Origin: an uncultured Oscillospiraceae bacterium
Lineage (GTDB): Bacteria; Bacillota; Clostridia; Christensenellales; CAG-314
Length of the DNA stretch: 55,639 nt
Assembly: GCA_964404625.1 (NCBI GenBank)
Contig: CAYOKR010000001.1
Span: 1-55,639, forward strand
Reading direction: 5' to 3'
The position numbers and the translations under genes are program-made. The notes beneath the pieces were generated by a model, which ran no database searches, was not told where the DNA came from, and was given only the letters and a program-made list of their open reading frames with translations. Positions 17,654 to 26,958 of this stretch are shown here, one piece after another. Each line of letters begins with the position of its first letter. Positions within the stretch are counted from its first letter, which is position 1.

Positions 17654-19494
17654 TGAAATATATTCAGTACGATCCGACAAACACCTTCTACAAAAGCATC
17701 GTTGGTGCCGTGGAGGAAAATCAAAAGTTCGGTATCCGTTTGCAACTAAATCAATGTGTTGCACCCACTAACGTTTATATCGTGGTGTATGGCGACGATG
17801 GTTCGTTCAACCAAGAGTACACCATGTATCGCGAAGTAGGTAGTGGCGGTTGGGACAGTTATCTTTGCGATATTTCCCTTACCAAAGGACTTTATTGGTA
17901 TTACTTTCGCATGGAAGGTGTAAAATACGAGCACTTTATCGGTATTGACAGTAGTAATAAGCCAAGTTTGTACTACGACAACGTAAAACCTTGGCAACTT
18001 TCCGTCTACAAAAAATTGTACAACGTACCAGAGTGGCTCAATAAGGGCGTAATGTATCAAATTATGCCTGACCGCTTTTGCGGTGACGGTACAACAGTCG
18101 CTACGGAAGATAAAATTCTACGTCCTTGGGGCGAGCAACCCTTTTTTGCCGACGAAAACGGTGTGGTGCGCAACCATGATTTCTTTGGCGGAAACTTAAA
18201 CGGTATTCGTCAAAAATTGCCATATCTTGCAGAATTGAACGTAAATACGATTTATCTTAACCCCATTTTTAAGGCATATTCCAATCACAAGTACGATACC
18301 GAGGATTACGAGGTTATCGATCCAATGTTTGGTACCTACGAAGATTTTGTTGCTCTTTGCAAGGAAGCAAAAAAGCATGATATTCGTATCATTTTGGACG
18401 GCGTTTTCAACCACGTTGGTAGTTCTTCAAAGTACTTCAATCGTGAAAAAAAGTATGGCGACGCTGGTGCGTACAACGATAAAAATTCGCCTTACCGCGA
18501 GTGGTTTAATTTTGACCAGCACAACAACTACGAGTGTTGGTGGAATTTTCAAACCTTGCCACGCATCAATGCTAATAGCAAATCTGCACAGGAATATTTT
18601 TGCGGTAAAGGTGGCATAGTAGAAAAATGGCTAAAAGCGGGTGCATCCGGTTGGCGTTTGGATGTTGTAGACGAAATAGCAGATTGCATGTTGGATAAGA
18701 TCGTTTCCACTGCAAAAAAGACTAAACCCGATTGTGCTATCATAGGCGAAGTGTGGGAAGACGCCTCTAATAAAATGGACTACGGCGTTCGTCGTCATTA
18801 TTTTGACGGTAGTCAACTCGACACGGTAATGAACTATCCTTTGATGAAAGCTATCGTTGAGTTTGTCCGTTATGGCAACGAACAACAGCTATCTTGTGTT
18901 GTATTTAATCTTATCAACAACTATCCGACTCACGTTCGTAACAATCTTATGAACGTGTTAGGTACTCACGACACAATGCGCATAATTACCCAACTTGCCG
19001 GCGAACGTTTGGACGACGCCTCCAAGGAAACAATGGCACGTACCAAATTGACGGACAAACAGTATAAGGAAGGTTGTAAATTGCTTAAAATCGCAACTGT
19101 TTTGCAGTACACAATGTTCGGCTTTCCATGTGTATTTTATGGTGACGAAGTGGCAGTGGAAGGCTATCGAGATCCATTCTGTCGCGGTTGCTATCCTTGG
19201 GATAAACAAAATAAACTTATGCTTGATTTCTTCAAACGTATGGGTGATTTGCGTAATATGCCTGTTTTTTGCGAAGGCGATTTTCATCAACTTGTAGCGG
19301 AAAACGGCGTGTACGCCTTTGAGCGTATCAGTGCAAAAACTCAAACGCAAGCCATTGTTGGTGTAAACCGCGGTAAGCAGGAGTATAATTTGTACTTAGC
19401 AGGCAGTTACGAAGACGTTTTCACCGGTAGACGTTATCACGAGTGGTGCCACCTGCAACCCAACGGCTACGTCGTTCTAAAGCGCGTGTACTAA
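17653..19494 (+). CDS. GH13 alpha-glycosidase (neopullulanase/cyclomaltodextrinase-like)
   Basis: ATG 17653 overlaps the glgP stop (TAATG). GH13 regions DGVFNHVG, GWRLDVVDE, GEVWE and LGTHDT. Has an N-terminal E-set-like domain. Confidence 0.88.
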   Translation: MKYIQYDPTNTFYKSIVGAVEENQKFGIRLQLNQCVAPTNVYIVVYGDDGSFNQEYTMYREVGSGGWDSYLCDISLTKGLYWYYFRMEGVKYEHFIGIDSSNKPSLYYDNVKPWQLSVYKKLYNVPEWLNKGVMYQIMPDRFCGDGTTVATEDKILRPWGEQPFFADENGVVRNHDFFGGNLNGIRQKLPYLAELNVNTIYLNPIFKAYSNHKYDTEDYEVIDPMFGTYEDFVALCKEAKKHDIRIILDGVFNHVGSSSKYFNREKKYGDAGAYNDKNSPYREWFNFDQHNNYECWWNFQTLPRINANSKSAQEYFCGKGGIVEKWLKAGASGWRLDVVDEIADCMLDKIVSTAKKTKPDCAIIGEVWEDASNKMDYGVRRHYFDGSQLDTVMNYPLMKAIVEFVRYGNEQQLSCVVFNLINNYPTHVRNNLMNVLGTHDTMRIITQLAGERLDDASKETMARTKLTDKQYKEGCKLLKIATVLQYTMFGFPCVFYGDEVAVEGYRDPFCRGCYPWDKQNKLMLDFFKRMGDLRNMPVFCEGDFHQLVAENGVYAFERISAKTQTQAIVGVNRGKQEYNLYLAGSYEDVFTGRRYHEWCHLQPNGYVVLKRVY

Positions 19495-19518
19495 TTAGAG
19501 TATAAAAAAGAGAAAACA

Positions 19519-20155
19519 ATGATTCCAAAAACTGTATTAAAATGCTTGTACGAATTTTCGTATCCGGAGTTTGTAGACTATATTGAAGATTAGCTAAAAC
19601 TTGAAGATTGAGTTATTTGAAATGCAACAACACAAGTTCGATTAGATTGTTTGAATTATACAAATTATGGCACAAATGACTGATATATCTATTATCAAAA
19701 ACTGCAACAAGATGCGCGGTTGCATAATATCCAACCAGAAACTGCTGAAATTGTATCACTGTGCGAAACATTTTTAAACGTTCTGCAAAAAATCTTGGAT
19801 GAGATTAAAATAGTGCAGGATTACAAAATTCCATACAGTAATAAGATAGCCGATTATTTGTTGATTTACAAAATAGGATATTAGTTTAGAAAATAATGAT
19901 AATGGAAGGTATGAGGCGAAATTAAGACAAAGTATTAGGATATAATGTTAGGTTCTATGTCCTAATAACATTGAATTAGCTACTTACGTCTATATAATTA
20001 AACCTGAATCGAATTATCCATACAACAAATTAGAAAAATTCAATAAAATAAATATACATTGCAAAAAGAAGCTGTTAATAATGAGAGTTCGTTTACGATG
20101 GCACAGTACATTAGAATTTTTTACAAAAGAAAGCGTTACTAATTCTTATGCGTAA
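19519..20155 (+). pseudogene. decayed coding remnants (frameshifted/nonsense-interrupted ORF fragments)
   Basis: 874 nt with no ORF of 60 aa or more, yet it holds protein-like stop-to-stop stretches. Example 1: ...YIYYQKLQQDARLHNIQPETAEIVSLCETFLNVLQKILDEIKIVQDYKIPYSNKIADYLLIYKIGY*. Example 2: one 89-codon frame (19889-20155) broken by two in-frame stops (ENNDNGRYEAKLRQSIRI*C*VLCPNN...). Confidence 0.35.
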
Positions 20156-20368
20156 TTTAGTTTTTTAAATGCCGACGAAAAATATAATAAATAATTTAAT
20201 AAGGCTTCACATCTTTCGGGTGTGTTTATATTGTAAGTTTAAGGTGGTAGTGCTTTTCTTTGCCGAATTGTTTTGGCAGATAAAGTGCGTTATAAGTCTA
20301 AAGTATTAATGCTTGCAATTAATTATCGTTATAATTAAATATATTTACAATTATTTAGGTAAATAACA

Positions 20369-20698
20369 TTAGTGCAATTTGGAATTGATTTCGTAAAAAA
20401 TACTACTCAATTCGTTTCCTACCCAAACACCGCTAAAACCAATTCGCAATGTCATTGTGTTGAATTCCGGTTGAGGATTGATAAGTTGAATAAGAACGTT
20501 AACGCCGGTATATACGTTGGCAGCAGTCTCAATTGGTTGATATTCGATATAATCGATATTTCTATAAGAAATGCGATATTCGTTTATAACAACCAGTTCT
20601 TTGCTAAAAAGTCCTTTCTTCTTGGTGTCTTGATAGATTGCGCAGTTATCTGTAAAAATCATACGATAGTTGTTTCCATTCTTTAGTACGTGTTCCAT
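20369..20698 (-). CDS. orphan 109-aa beta-rich protein (possible PH-like fold), repressor-controlled
   Basis: SD AGGAGG (20710-20705), with a consensus promoter and operator upstream. No recognisable catalytic motif. Confidence 0.7.
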   Translation of the reverse strand: MEHVLKNGNNYRMIFTDNCAIYQDTKKKGLFSKELVVINEYRISYRNIDYIEYQPIETAANVYTGVNVLIQLINPQPEFNTMTLRIGFSGVWVGNELSSIFYEINSKLH

Positions 20699-20727
20699 AA
20701 AAATCCTCCTAATGATTTTATAACAAT

Positions 20728-20756
20728 ATTATATGGAACAAAATGTTCCAAGTCAA
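20728..20756 (-). promoter_or_regulatory. sigma-A consensus promoter whose spacer is the operator palindrome
   Basis: On the minus strand: TTGACT (20756-20751), 17-nt spacer (20750-20734), TATAAT (20733-20728). The spacer contains GGAACAnnnTGTTCC. Confidence 0.65.
20735..20749. promoter_or_regulatory. operator O1: perfect palindrome GGAACAaaaTGTTCC
   Basis: Perfect 6+3+6 inverted repeat between the divergent XRE gene and the 109-aa gene. Confidence 0.6.
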
Positions 20757-20763
20757 GTATTTA

Positions 20764-20778
20764 GGAACAATTTGTTCT
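20764..20778. promoter_or_regulatory. operator O2: GGAACAattTGTTCt
   Basis: Second copy of the same palindrome with one mismatch, 29 bp centre to centre from O1. Abuts the TAAAAT -10-like box (20778-20783) of the XRE gene. Confidence 0.55.
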
Positions 20779-20789
20779 AAAATATTTGT

Positions 20790-20999
20790 ATGAAAAACAC
20801 TTTTGCGGAACGATTTACCGAATTACGAACTGAAAACGGAATTACTCGAATGCAAATCGCGGAAAAGCTAAACGTTTCCGTAAGATTAGTATCTTATTGG
20901 GAAAACGGTCAACGCGAGTGTGATTTTGATATGCTAATTAAAATTGCAGATTTTTTCTCTGTTAGTTTGGACTATTTACTTGGCCGAAAAGATTATTGA
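20790..20999 (+). CDS. XRE-family helix-turn-helix transcriptional regulator (69 aa)
   Basis: Typical Cro/C1 HTH: FAERFTELRTENGITRMQIAEKLNVSVRLVSYWENGQRECDFDMLIKIADFFSVSLDYLLG. Confidence 0.9.
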   Translation: MKNTFAERFTELRTENGITRMQIAEKLNVSVRLVSYWENGQRECDFDMLIKIADFFSVSLDYLLGRKDY

Positions 21000-21358
21000 T
21001 TTGGGAAAAATGCAACTTGTGAATTGTTTTAATTTTCTTATTTACTGCTTGCCATTGTTGATGTTACTGTTTTGCGACGTCTTTTTATGCTAATTTGATT
21101 TTACCATTGATAATTTTGACCTGTTACGTTACGTATATGATTGGCACAAATCGAACAAAAATCTTTGCTAAAATTTACACATGTATGTTATAATATTAAC
21201 GCAAACTTGCAAAAGCAAAAACTTTAGCGTATTACGTATTGGAATTTGTAGGAATATGAGTTTTTCAACGACACGATACTTTTGCAGGGGGTTTAGCGAA
21301 TAAATACATATTTTTATATAGTTTGCAATATTTGCAACGTAATTTATAAGGGTAAATT

Positions 21359-22045
21359 ATGAAATACGATATCATTTTATTTGATGCCGATAATACCATA
21401 CTGGATTTTGATAGGGCGGAATACCAAGCGCTTCGTCGTGCATTTGCCGAGTATGGAATACAAATTGACGATCATCTTGTGGAAGTTTATCGCAAAAATA
21501 ACGTTGCATTGTGGCAAAAGTTGGAAAAAGGTCTGGTTACCAAGGACTACGTCTTGAACAATCGTTTTGTCGATACGGCAAAGGAGTTAGAACTGCACTG
21601 TGATATTATGGCAATTTCTCGTTTATACGAAGAGTATCTTCACGACGGGCACTACGTTATCGACGGTGCAATGGACGTTTTACAAACTCTAACGGATATT
21701 GGAGCACGTTTGTATATGGTAACAAACGGCGTTTTGTCTATTCAAAACGCACGTCTAAAGGGTAGCGGTATTAGTAAATATTTTCTCGACCGATTTGTTA
21801 GTGAAAAGGTTGGTTTCCCCAAACCGCAAAAGGAGTTTTTCGACCATTGTTTTGCTAACATTTCAAATTTTAATGGAAACAAGACTCTTATTGTCGGAGA
21901 TTCGTTAACAAGCGATATTCAAGGCGGTATAAATGCCAATATCGACACTTGTTGGTACAATCCAAAGCATTCGTCAAACGACCGAGGAATTATTCCAACC
22001 TACGAAATTGACAACCTAAATCAACTTTTTGATATTGTAAGATAA
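21359..22045 (+). CDS. HAD-IA hydrolase, YjjG-like noncanonical pyrimidine nucleotidase
   Basis: FDADNTILDF motif I, VTNG motif II, KPQKEFF and GDSLTSDIQGG motifs; 228 aa. Confidence 0.8.
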   Translation: MKYDIILFDADNTILDFDRAEYQALRRAFAEYGIQIDDHLVEVYRKNNVALWQKLEKGLVTKDYVLNNRFVDTAKELELHCDIMAISRLYEEYLHDGHYVIDGAMDVLQTLTDIGARLYMVTNGVLSIQNARLKGSGISKYFLDRFVSEKVGFPKPQKEFFDHCFANISNFNGNKTLIVGDSLTSDIQGGINANIDTCWYNPKHSSNDRGIIPTYEIDNLNQLFDIVR

Positions 22046-22072
22046 AGATATTTTTGTAAAATCGCAAAAAAT

Positions 22073-22110
22073 AAAACTGCAATGCTCCTTTTGGAACGGT
22101 TGCAGTTTTT
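22073..22110 (+). terminator. rho-independent terminator
   Basis: aaaactgcaa / ttgcagtttt stem followed by a T-run, 28 nt after the stop. Confidence 0.75.
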
Positions 22111-22332
22111 TGTTGGTTGATTAGTAATTATTGAAAATCGTATCCAAAGTTTGATTCCTACTGTGTTCGTTGCAATTATACAGTTGCAGTTTTGTGACTG
22201 ATATCTAAAATGATATTGTGTGATATAAAGTTGTCTGTTGGAATAGTTGAAGTGGTGTGTTGATATCGAAATATCGTCTTAATTTTGATAATGTTAAATG
22301 ATATAATTGTATCAAAGAATTTTTGCAGTATG

Positions 22333-22902
22333 CTACAATTTTTCCAACAAATTACGTAGTGCGCGTCCGCGGTGGCTTACACTGTGTTTTTCTTCACTGG
22401 TTGCTTCGCCAAAGGTTTTGTTTAGCTCCGTTGAGAAAAACAAGCAGTCGTACCCGAATCCGCCGATGCCACGTTCTTCCGTTAGAATTTTGCCATATAC
22501 CTTGCCCGATTCCGTTATGATTTTTCCGTCGGGATAGCGCAGTGCAACACACGTTTCAAAATAGGCGTTGCGATTGGTTTTATCGCCAAGTTCTTGTAAC
22601 AATTTTTTGCGATTTTTTGCGTTGTCGTGATCGCCTGCATATCTTGCCGACATCACTCCGGGTGCGCCGTTTAACGCTTCAACGCAAAGTCCAGTGTCGT
22701 CTCCTAAAACGGCAAAAGTGGTGTATTTTGCAATTTCGTTCACCTTGATTAGCGCGTTTTCCAAAAAATTCGTGCCGTTTTCTTCCGGATCGCAATCTAT
22801 ACCCATTTCTGCAAGAGAATATATTTCTTCAAATTTTCCTTGCAAAATTTGTTTGATTTCTGTAATTTTATGTACATTATTGCTGGCTATCACTAATTTC
22901 AT
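22333..22902 (-). CDS. rdgB: dITP/XTP pyrophosphatase (RdgB/HAM1 family)
   Basis: MKLVIASNNVHKITEI, DDTGLCVEALNGAPGVMSARY, GFGYD and SHRGRAL motifs. Confidence 0.92.
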   Translation of the reverse strand: MKLVIASNNVHKITEIKQILQGKFEEIYSLAEMGIDCDPEENGTNFLENALIKVNEIAKYTTFAVLGDDTGLCVEALNGAPGVMSARYAGDHDNAKNRKKLLQELGDKTNRNAYFETCVALRYPDGKIITESGKVYGKILTEERGIGGFGYDCLFFSTELNKTFGEATSEEKHSVSHRGRALRNLLEKL

Positions 22903-23356
22903 CTTTGTCCTCGTAAAAAACGATATTCTTATTTTTCGACAAAAGTTCGTCTTTCATTTTGTCAAATTTGGACGGTGCAATCATTATGGATGCAATCACG
23001 GGATCTACCCCTTTCCAAATGTAGCTGATGTACATCATACCATTGGAATACACGATATTTAGTATCTTTTCGTAACGAATTCTACCACCCAAAAGGTCGA
23101 AAAAGAACAGTTTGATACGCAGATGTTCGCCGTCAACTTGGTAGTGTATGGTAAGTATGCCAACAAGCACAATGGTAGATATGCATGCTGTGGTAAGGTA
23201 AATTTTTGCTTGTGCAAGAGTAAGATTTAAAAATGTGTAGGCGTCGCAGAGCGTAATTATAGACATTACAATCAAAGAGATGCTGATGGCGACAAATGCC
23301 CACATAAGGATTTTGATAAATTTGTAGTCTTTAGATAGATATAACGGATATTTCAT
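22877..23356 (-). CDS. membrane protein with 2 TM helices plus a bacterial PH-like (YdbS/bPH_2-like) domain
   Basis: ORF trimmed to ATG 23356 after GAGAGG. Two N-terminal TM helices, then YQVDGEHLRIKLFFFDLLGGRIRYEKILNIVY. Overlaps the rdgB start by 26 nt. Confidence 0.6.
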   Translation of the reverse strand: MKYPLYLSKDYKFIKILMWAFVAISISLIVMSIITLCDAYTFLNLTLAQAKIYLTTACISTIVLVGILTIHYQVDGEHLRIKLFFFDLLGGRIRYEKILNIVYSNGMMYISYIWKGVDPVIASIMIAPSKFDKMKDELLSKNKNIVFYEDKDEISDSQQ

Positions 23357-23599
23357 AATACCTCTCAATTTTGTTGTAAGCAGCAAATTTTACCACAAGT
23401 TTGCATATATTTAATTCGATACGAAGTCGATCTTTGTCATTGATCGAAAAGATTTGTAAGGGTATCTTTTGCCATAAACTATCGTTTTTGAGCTTATGGA
23501 TGTCAAGCGTCGATTTCGTTTCTTGTGAACGAAAAATTTCTTATATTATACCTACTATTTGTGGTGCTGTCAAATGGTAATTTTGTTTGTGGAGGTGTA

Positions 23600-24586
23600 A
23601 TGCAGTATATCGACTACGATGCTATTGTAAAAAATGCACGTTATTTTAGAAATATTTTGGGCAAAACTAAGCTTTGCGCCGTAGTTAAGTGCGATGCTTA
23701 TGGTCACGGGTTGGAACGTGTTGCAAGTTGTTTGCACGATGTTGTTGATTGTTTTGCTGTAAATGATGTTAACGAGGCGTTGCAAATTGAAAAATACGGC
23801 AAGGATGTTTTGATTTTGCTACCACAAAATACAAAAAATACCAAAATTGCCATAGAACATCAATTCGTTTTGACGTTAGATAGTTTTGATACTTTGCAAA
23901 CCATATCTCGTTGTAAAGTTGGCAAGGCACGAGTACATATCAAAATAGACAGTGGAATGAGTAGATTGGGGGTTTCCAAAGAACAGTTATTACAACTTTT
24001 GCCAAAAATCGACAGCAAAAACATCGCTGTGGAAGGTGTTTTTAGTCATTTTTACGGCGAAAATAAAATTTCTTGCGACGAACAGTTGAATTACTTTGCA
24101 AAATGCAGTAAAATAGTATCGGTAAAATTTGGAAACGTAACGAAACATATTTCCAACACAACGGGTGTTTTGATAGACGAACGGTATCATTTAGATATGG
24201 CGCGTGTCGGTTTAGGTTTGTATGGGTATGGTTCGCCAAATTTGTCCGTTGCTAAAACAGTCACAGCAAAGGTGATTGCAACGAAGCACGTCAAAAAAGG
24301 TAGCGTTGTTGGGTATGGTGCAACGTGCAAATGTGCTATCGATACAGATATTGCAGTTATCGACGTTGGCTACAACAACGGCTACGTTCGTGCGCTACAT
24401 TGCCCCTTGGTCAAAATAGGCAGTGCGTATGCAAACGTTATTGGAAATATCTGCATGTCTACTTGTATGCTGGACGTCACAAATTTGCCGGTACGTGTGG
24501 GTGGCGAAGTGATTTTGCTCGGCGATGGCGTTAATCCATCGACAAACGATGTTATAATTTATCAACTTTTGTGCAATTTGAGGTAA
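23600..24586 (+). CDS. alr: alanine racemase (compact, 328 aa)
   Basis: ATG 23600 after GGAGG. AVVKCDAYGHG (PLP lysine), VGYGAT (catalytic Tyr region) and GYNNGY motifs. Confidence 0.88.
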   Translation: MQYIDYDAIVKNARYFRNILGKTKLCAVVKCDAYGHGLERVASCLHDVVDCFAVNDVNEALQIEKYGKDVLILLPQNTKNTKIAIEHQFVLTLDSFDTLQTISRCKVGKARVHIKIDSGMSRLGVSKEQLLQLLPKIDSKNIAVEGVFSHFYGENKISCDEQLNYFAKCSKIVSVKFGNVTKHISNTTGVLIDERYHLDMARVGLGLYGYGSPNLSVAKTVTAKVIATKHVKKGSVVGYGATCKCAIDTDIAVIDVGYNNGYVRALHCPLVKIGSAYANVIGNICMSTCMLDVTNLPVRVGGEVILLGDGVNPSTNDVIIYQLLCNLR

Positions 24587-24588
24587 AA

Positions 24589-25137
24589 ATGAGAGTTATC
24601 GCAGGAAAATATAAAGGTCGTGTGTTGCAAGCGGCAGGTGACGCTACTCGTCCCACGCTCGATCGTACCAAGGAAACTCTCTTTAACATCTTGCAAATGC
24701 GCATTGCAAATTCGGTTGTGCTGGATTTATTTGCTGGTAGCGGACAACTTGCTATCGAATGTTTAAGTCGTGGTGCCAGTCGTGCCATTTTGTGTGATAA
24801 CGACCGCATTGCGCAGCAAACGATAAAATCAAATTTCCAAAAAATCAATACTGCATCAGAGTTGTACTCGTGTGGTTATCAAAATTGTCTTTCGTCATTA
24901 GCAAAAAATACGATTGATATTGTTTTTGCTGATCCGCCGTATGCGTCGGGCGTGTATTACGACGTTTTGCAACGTATTGATGAGTTGCAGTTGCTGACCG
25001 ATTGCGGAATTATTGTGTGTGAACATGGTTGCGATGTCGATTTGCCTGCACAAATTGGCGGTTTGTGCGCTTACGACCAACGAAAAATCGGTAGTGTAAA
25101 ATTCACTTTTTACAAAAGGAGCGAAATATGTCAATAG
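24589..25137 (+). CDS. rsmD: 16S rRNA (guanine966-N2)-methyltransferase
   Basis: MRVIAGKYKGRVL, RPTLDRTKETLFN, LDLFAGSG and ADPPY motifs. Confidence 0.9.
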   Translation: MRVIAGKYKGRVLQAAGDATRPTLDRTKETLFNILQMRIANSVVLDLFAGSGQLAIECLSRGASRAILCDNDRIAQQTIKSNFQKINTASELYSCGYQNCLSSLAKNTIDIVFADPPYASGVYYDVLQRIDELQLLTDCGIIVCEHGCDVDLPAQIGGLCAYDQRKIGSVKFTFYKRSEICQ

Positions 25138-25604
25138 GAGTTTTTGCAGGGTCTTTTTGTCCTGTCACAAAAGGTCACGTAGATGCTATTGAAAAATCGT
25201 CAAAACTTGTGGACAAGTTGTACGTCGTTATGGGTGTTAATTTTTCAAAAACCTATGCAATCGACGTTGATGCTCGTCTTGATATGCTAAAATGCGCCTT
25301 GTCTCATGTAAAAAACGTGGAAGTTTGCGCTCACGAAGGTATGATGACGGATTTTTGCAAACAAGTCGGCGCTACGGTTATGATAAAATCAATCCGCAAT
25401 GCAATGGATTTGCAATCGGTAATTGACCTATGTGACATTAATGAAAGTTATTGGAACGGTGAAACGGTATTTGTTGTTGGTAGTAAACAATATCGCCACA
25501 TATCAAGCTCTCTTGTGCGCGAATTAGCAAGTCTTGGACAAGATTTTTCCCAATACGTTCCTGAAAATTGTTTGGACGAAATTACAAAATATTTGGTTGG
25601 TTAA
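25128..25604 (+). CDS. coaD: pantetheine-phosphate adenylyltransferase
   Basis: GVFAGSFCPVTKGHVD (T/HxGH motif) and ISSSLVRE motif; 158 aa. Overlaps the rsmD end. Confidence 0.92.
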   Translation: MSIGVFAGSFCPVTKGHVDAIEKSSKLVDKLYVVMGVNFSKTYAIDVDARLDMLKCALSHVKNVEVCAHEGMMTDFCKQVGATVMIKSIRNAMDLQSVIDLCDINESYWNGETVFVVGSKQYRHISSSLVRELASLGQDFSQYVPENCLDEITKYLVG

Positions 25605-25607
25605 GTA

Positions 25608-26585
25608 ATGTTTATACAACAAAAGAATTTGCCTACCGCTGCCGAAGTTAAATTGCAACTTCCTATCGATAGTGCATTGCAAAATTTCAAATTATCTTGC
25701 GACGAAAGTTTGCGACACAATTTGGTGACGAAACAAAAGTTTGTTGTCGTTTGCGGACCTTGTTCGGCGGACGATCCCGTTGCCGTTAAGCAATACGTTA
25801 CCCAATTAAAACAAGCTGCCTCCCTTTGTCCCAATTTGCTGGTCGTTGCTCGTGTGTACACCGCAAAGCCACGCTCTAACGGAATGGGCTACAAAGGGCT
25901 ATGTTTCGGCGAAGATGGTTGCGATATTGCAAACGGTATTATTGCTTGTCGCAAAATGATGGTAGAGTGTCTAAAAATCGGCTTGCCCCTTGCTGACGAA
26001 TTGTTGTACCCCGAGTTGTATGATTATTTTGACGATCTTGTTAGTTACAGTTTTGTTGGTGCGCGCAGTAGTGAAGACAGTTTGCATCGTGCCTATTCTT
26101 CAGCATTAGATATTTGTTGTGGTGTTAAAAATGCTACCGACGGCGATGTGGAGAAGGTCGTTCAATCGCTGCAAGCGGTATCGTTACCTACGGTTTTTCC
26201 CTATTTGGGCGAACAAGTGCAAACAAGCGGATGCAAATTTGCTCACGTAGTGTTGCGTGGCGGAATAATAGATGGCGAATATTTGCCAAATATCGGTAGC
26301 AAAACTGTTGAGAAAGTCAAACGTGATTTGCTAAATCTTGGTCTAAATGACTTTATCATGGCGGATTTAAGTCATGCAAACAGCAAAAAAATCGCTCGCA
26401 ATCAAATTGAAAACGCAAAAGCTGTAATTTGCGATGCCAACGTCAATGGCGTTATGATTGAAAGTTACCTTTCGGACGGTACAGACGGCGCAACTTTTGG
26501 CGTATCGAAAACGGACGAGTGTTTGAATTTTGACGACACTAAAGATCTTCTTTTTATGCTAAACGACCAATTTGTAAAAAGATAG
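25608..26585 (+). CDS. 3-deoxy-7-phosphoheptulonate (DAHP) synthase, class I-alpha type
   Basis: Alignable by eye to E. coli AroG: VVCGPCS, RVYTAKPR, GARSSED, GVKNATDG, VLRGG, DLSHANSKK, GVMIESYL, SKTDEC. Confidence 0.85.
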   Translation: MFIQQKNLPTAAEVKLQLPIDSALQNFKLSCDESLRHNLVTKQKFVVVCGPCSADDPVAVKQYVTQLKQAASLCPNLLVVARVYTAKPRSNGMGYKGLCFGEDGCDIANGIIACRKMMVECLKIGLPLADELLYPELYDYFDDLVSYSFVGARSSEDSLHRAYSSALDICCGVKNATDGDVEKVVQSLQAVSLPTVFPYLGEQVQTSGCKFAHVVLRGGIIDGEYLPNIGSKTVEKVKRDLLNLGLNDFIMADLSHANSKKIARNQIENAKAVICDANVNGVMIESYLSDGTDGATFGVSKTDECLNFDDTKDLLFMLNDQFVKR

Positions 26586-26699
26586 GTTTGTATGAAAATG
26601 CAGAAGTAACAATAATGCAAATTGTAAAATTGATTATCTATTGAGTTTTCTTACTTATATATTAGTTTGTGATTATGAATATAATTATAGCAATAAATT

Positions 26700-26735
26700 A
26701 TGGCACTTGTTGTAACGCAATTGCCATTTTTTTTG
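26700..26735 (+). terminator. rho-independent terminator
   Basis: atggca(c)ttg / caa(t)tgccat stem followed by T8. Confidence 0.6.
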
Positions 26736-26958
26736 CCTTATCTTAAATGCCGTAGCAGAACTTTTTTATCTCATCATTTAGACATTCTTTGTCTTTATTT
26801 GATATCGTTGTAAGATTTTGATATGAATTCCAAAAGTAGTAACTTTTGCAGTCGCATTTTATTGCTATACGTAACGTTAAGGTTGCTGTATCGATGCGTA
26901 GCTTTAAGTAAGTATTTGTATGTAGTTGTATTGCGGACTGTATTGACTGTTCACGTAT

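Noticed and set aside
19495-20368. The possibility that the 874-nt ORF-free region is a large structured ncRNA (OLE/GOLLD/ROOL-like)
   Set aside because: It is extremely AT-rich, with no GC-rich long-range stems visible. It contains several protein-like frames interrupted by stops or frameshifts, so gene decay explains it better. An Rfam scan would settle the question.
23525-23599. GTG-initiated N-terminal extension of alr (MNEKFLILYLLFVVLSNGNFVCGG) that looks like a lipoprotein signal peptide
   Set aside because: A strong GGAGG SD sits inside the extension directly upstream of ATG 23600. The conserved Alr fold begins at that Met, and a secreted alanine racemase is not expected.
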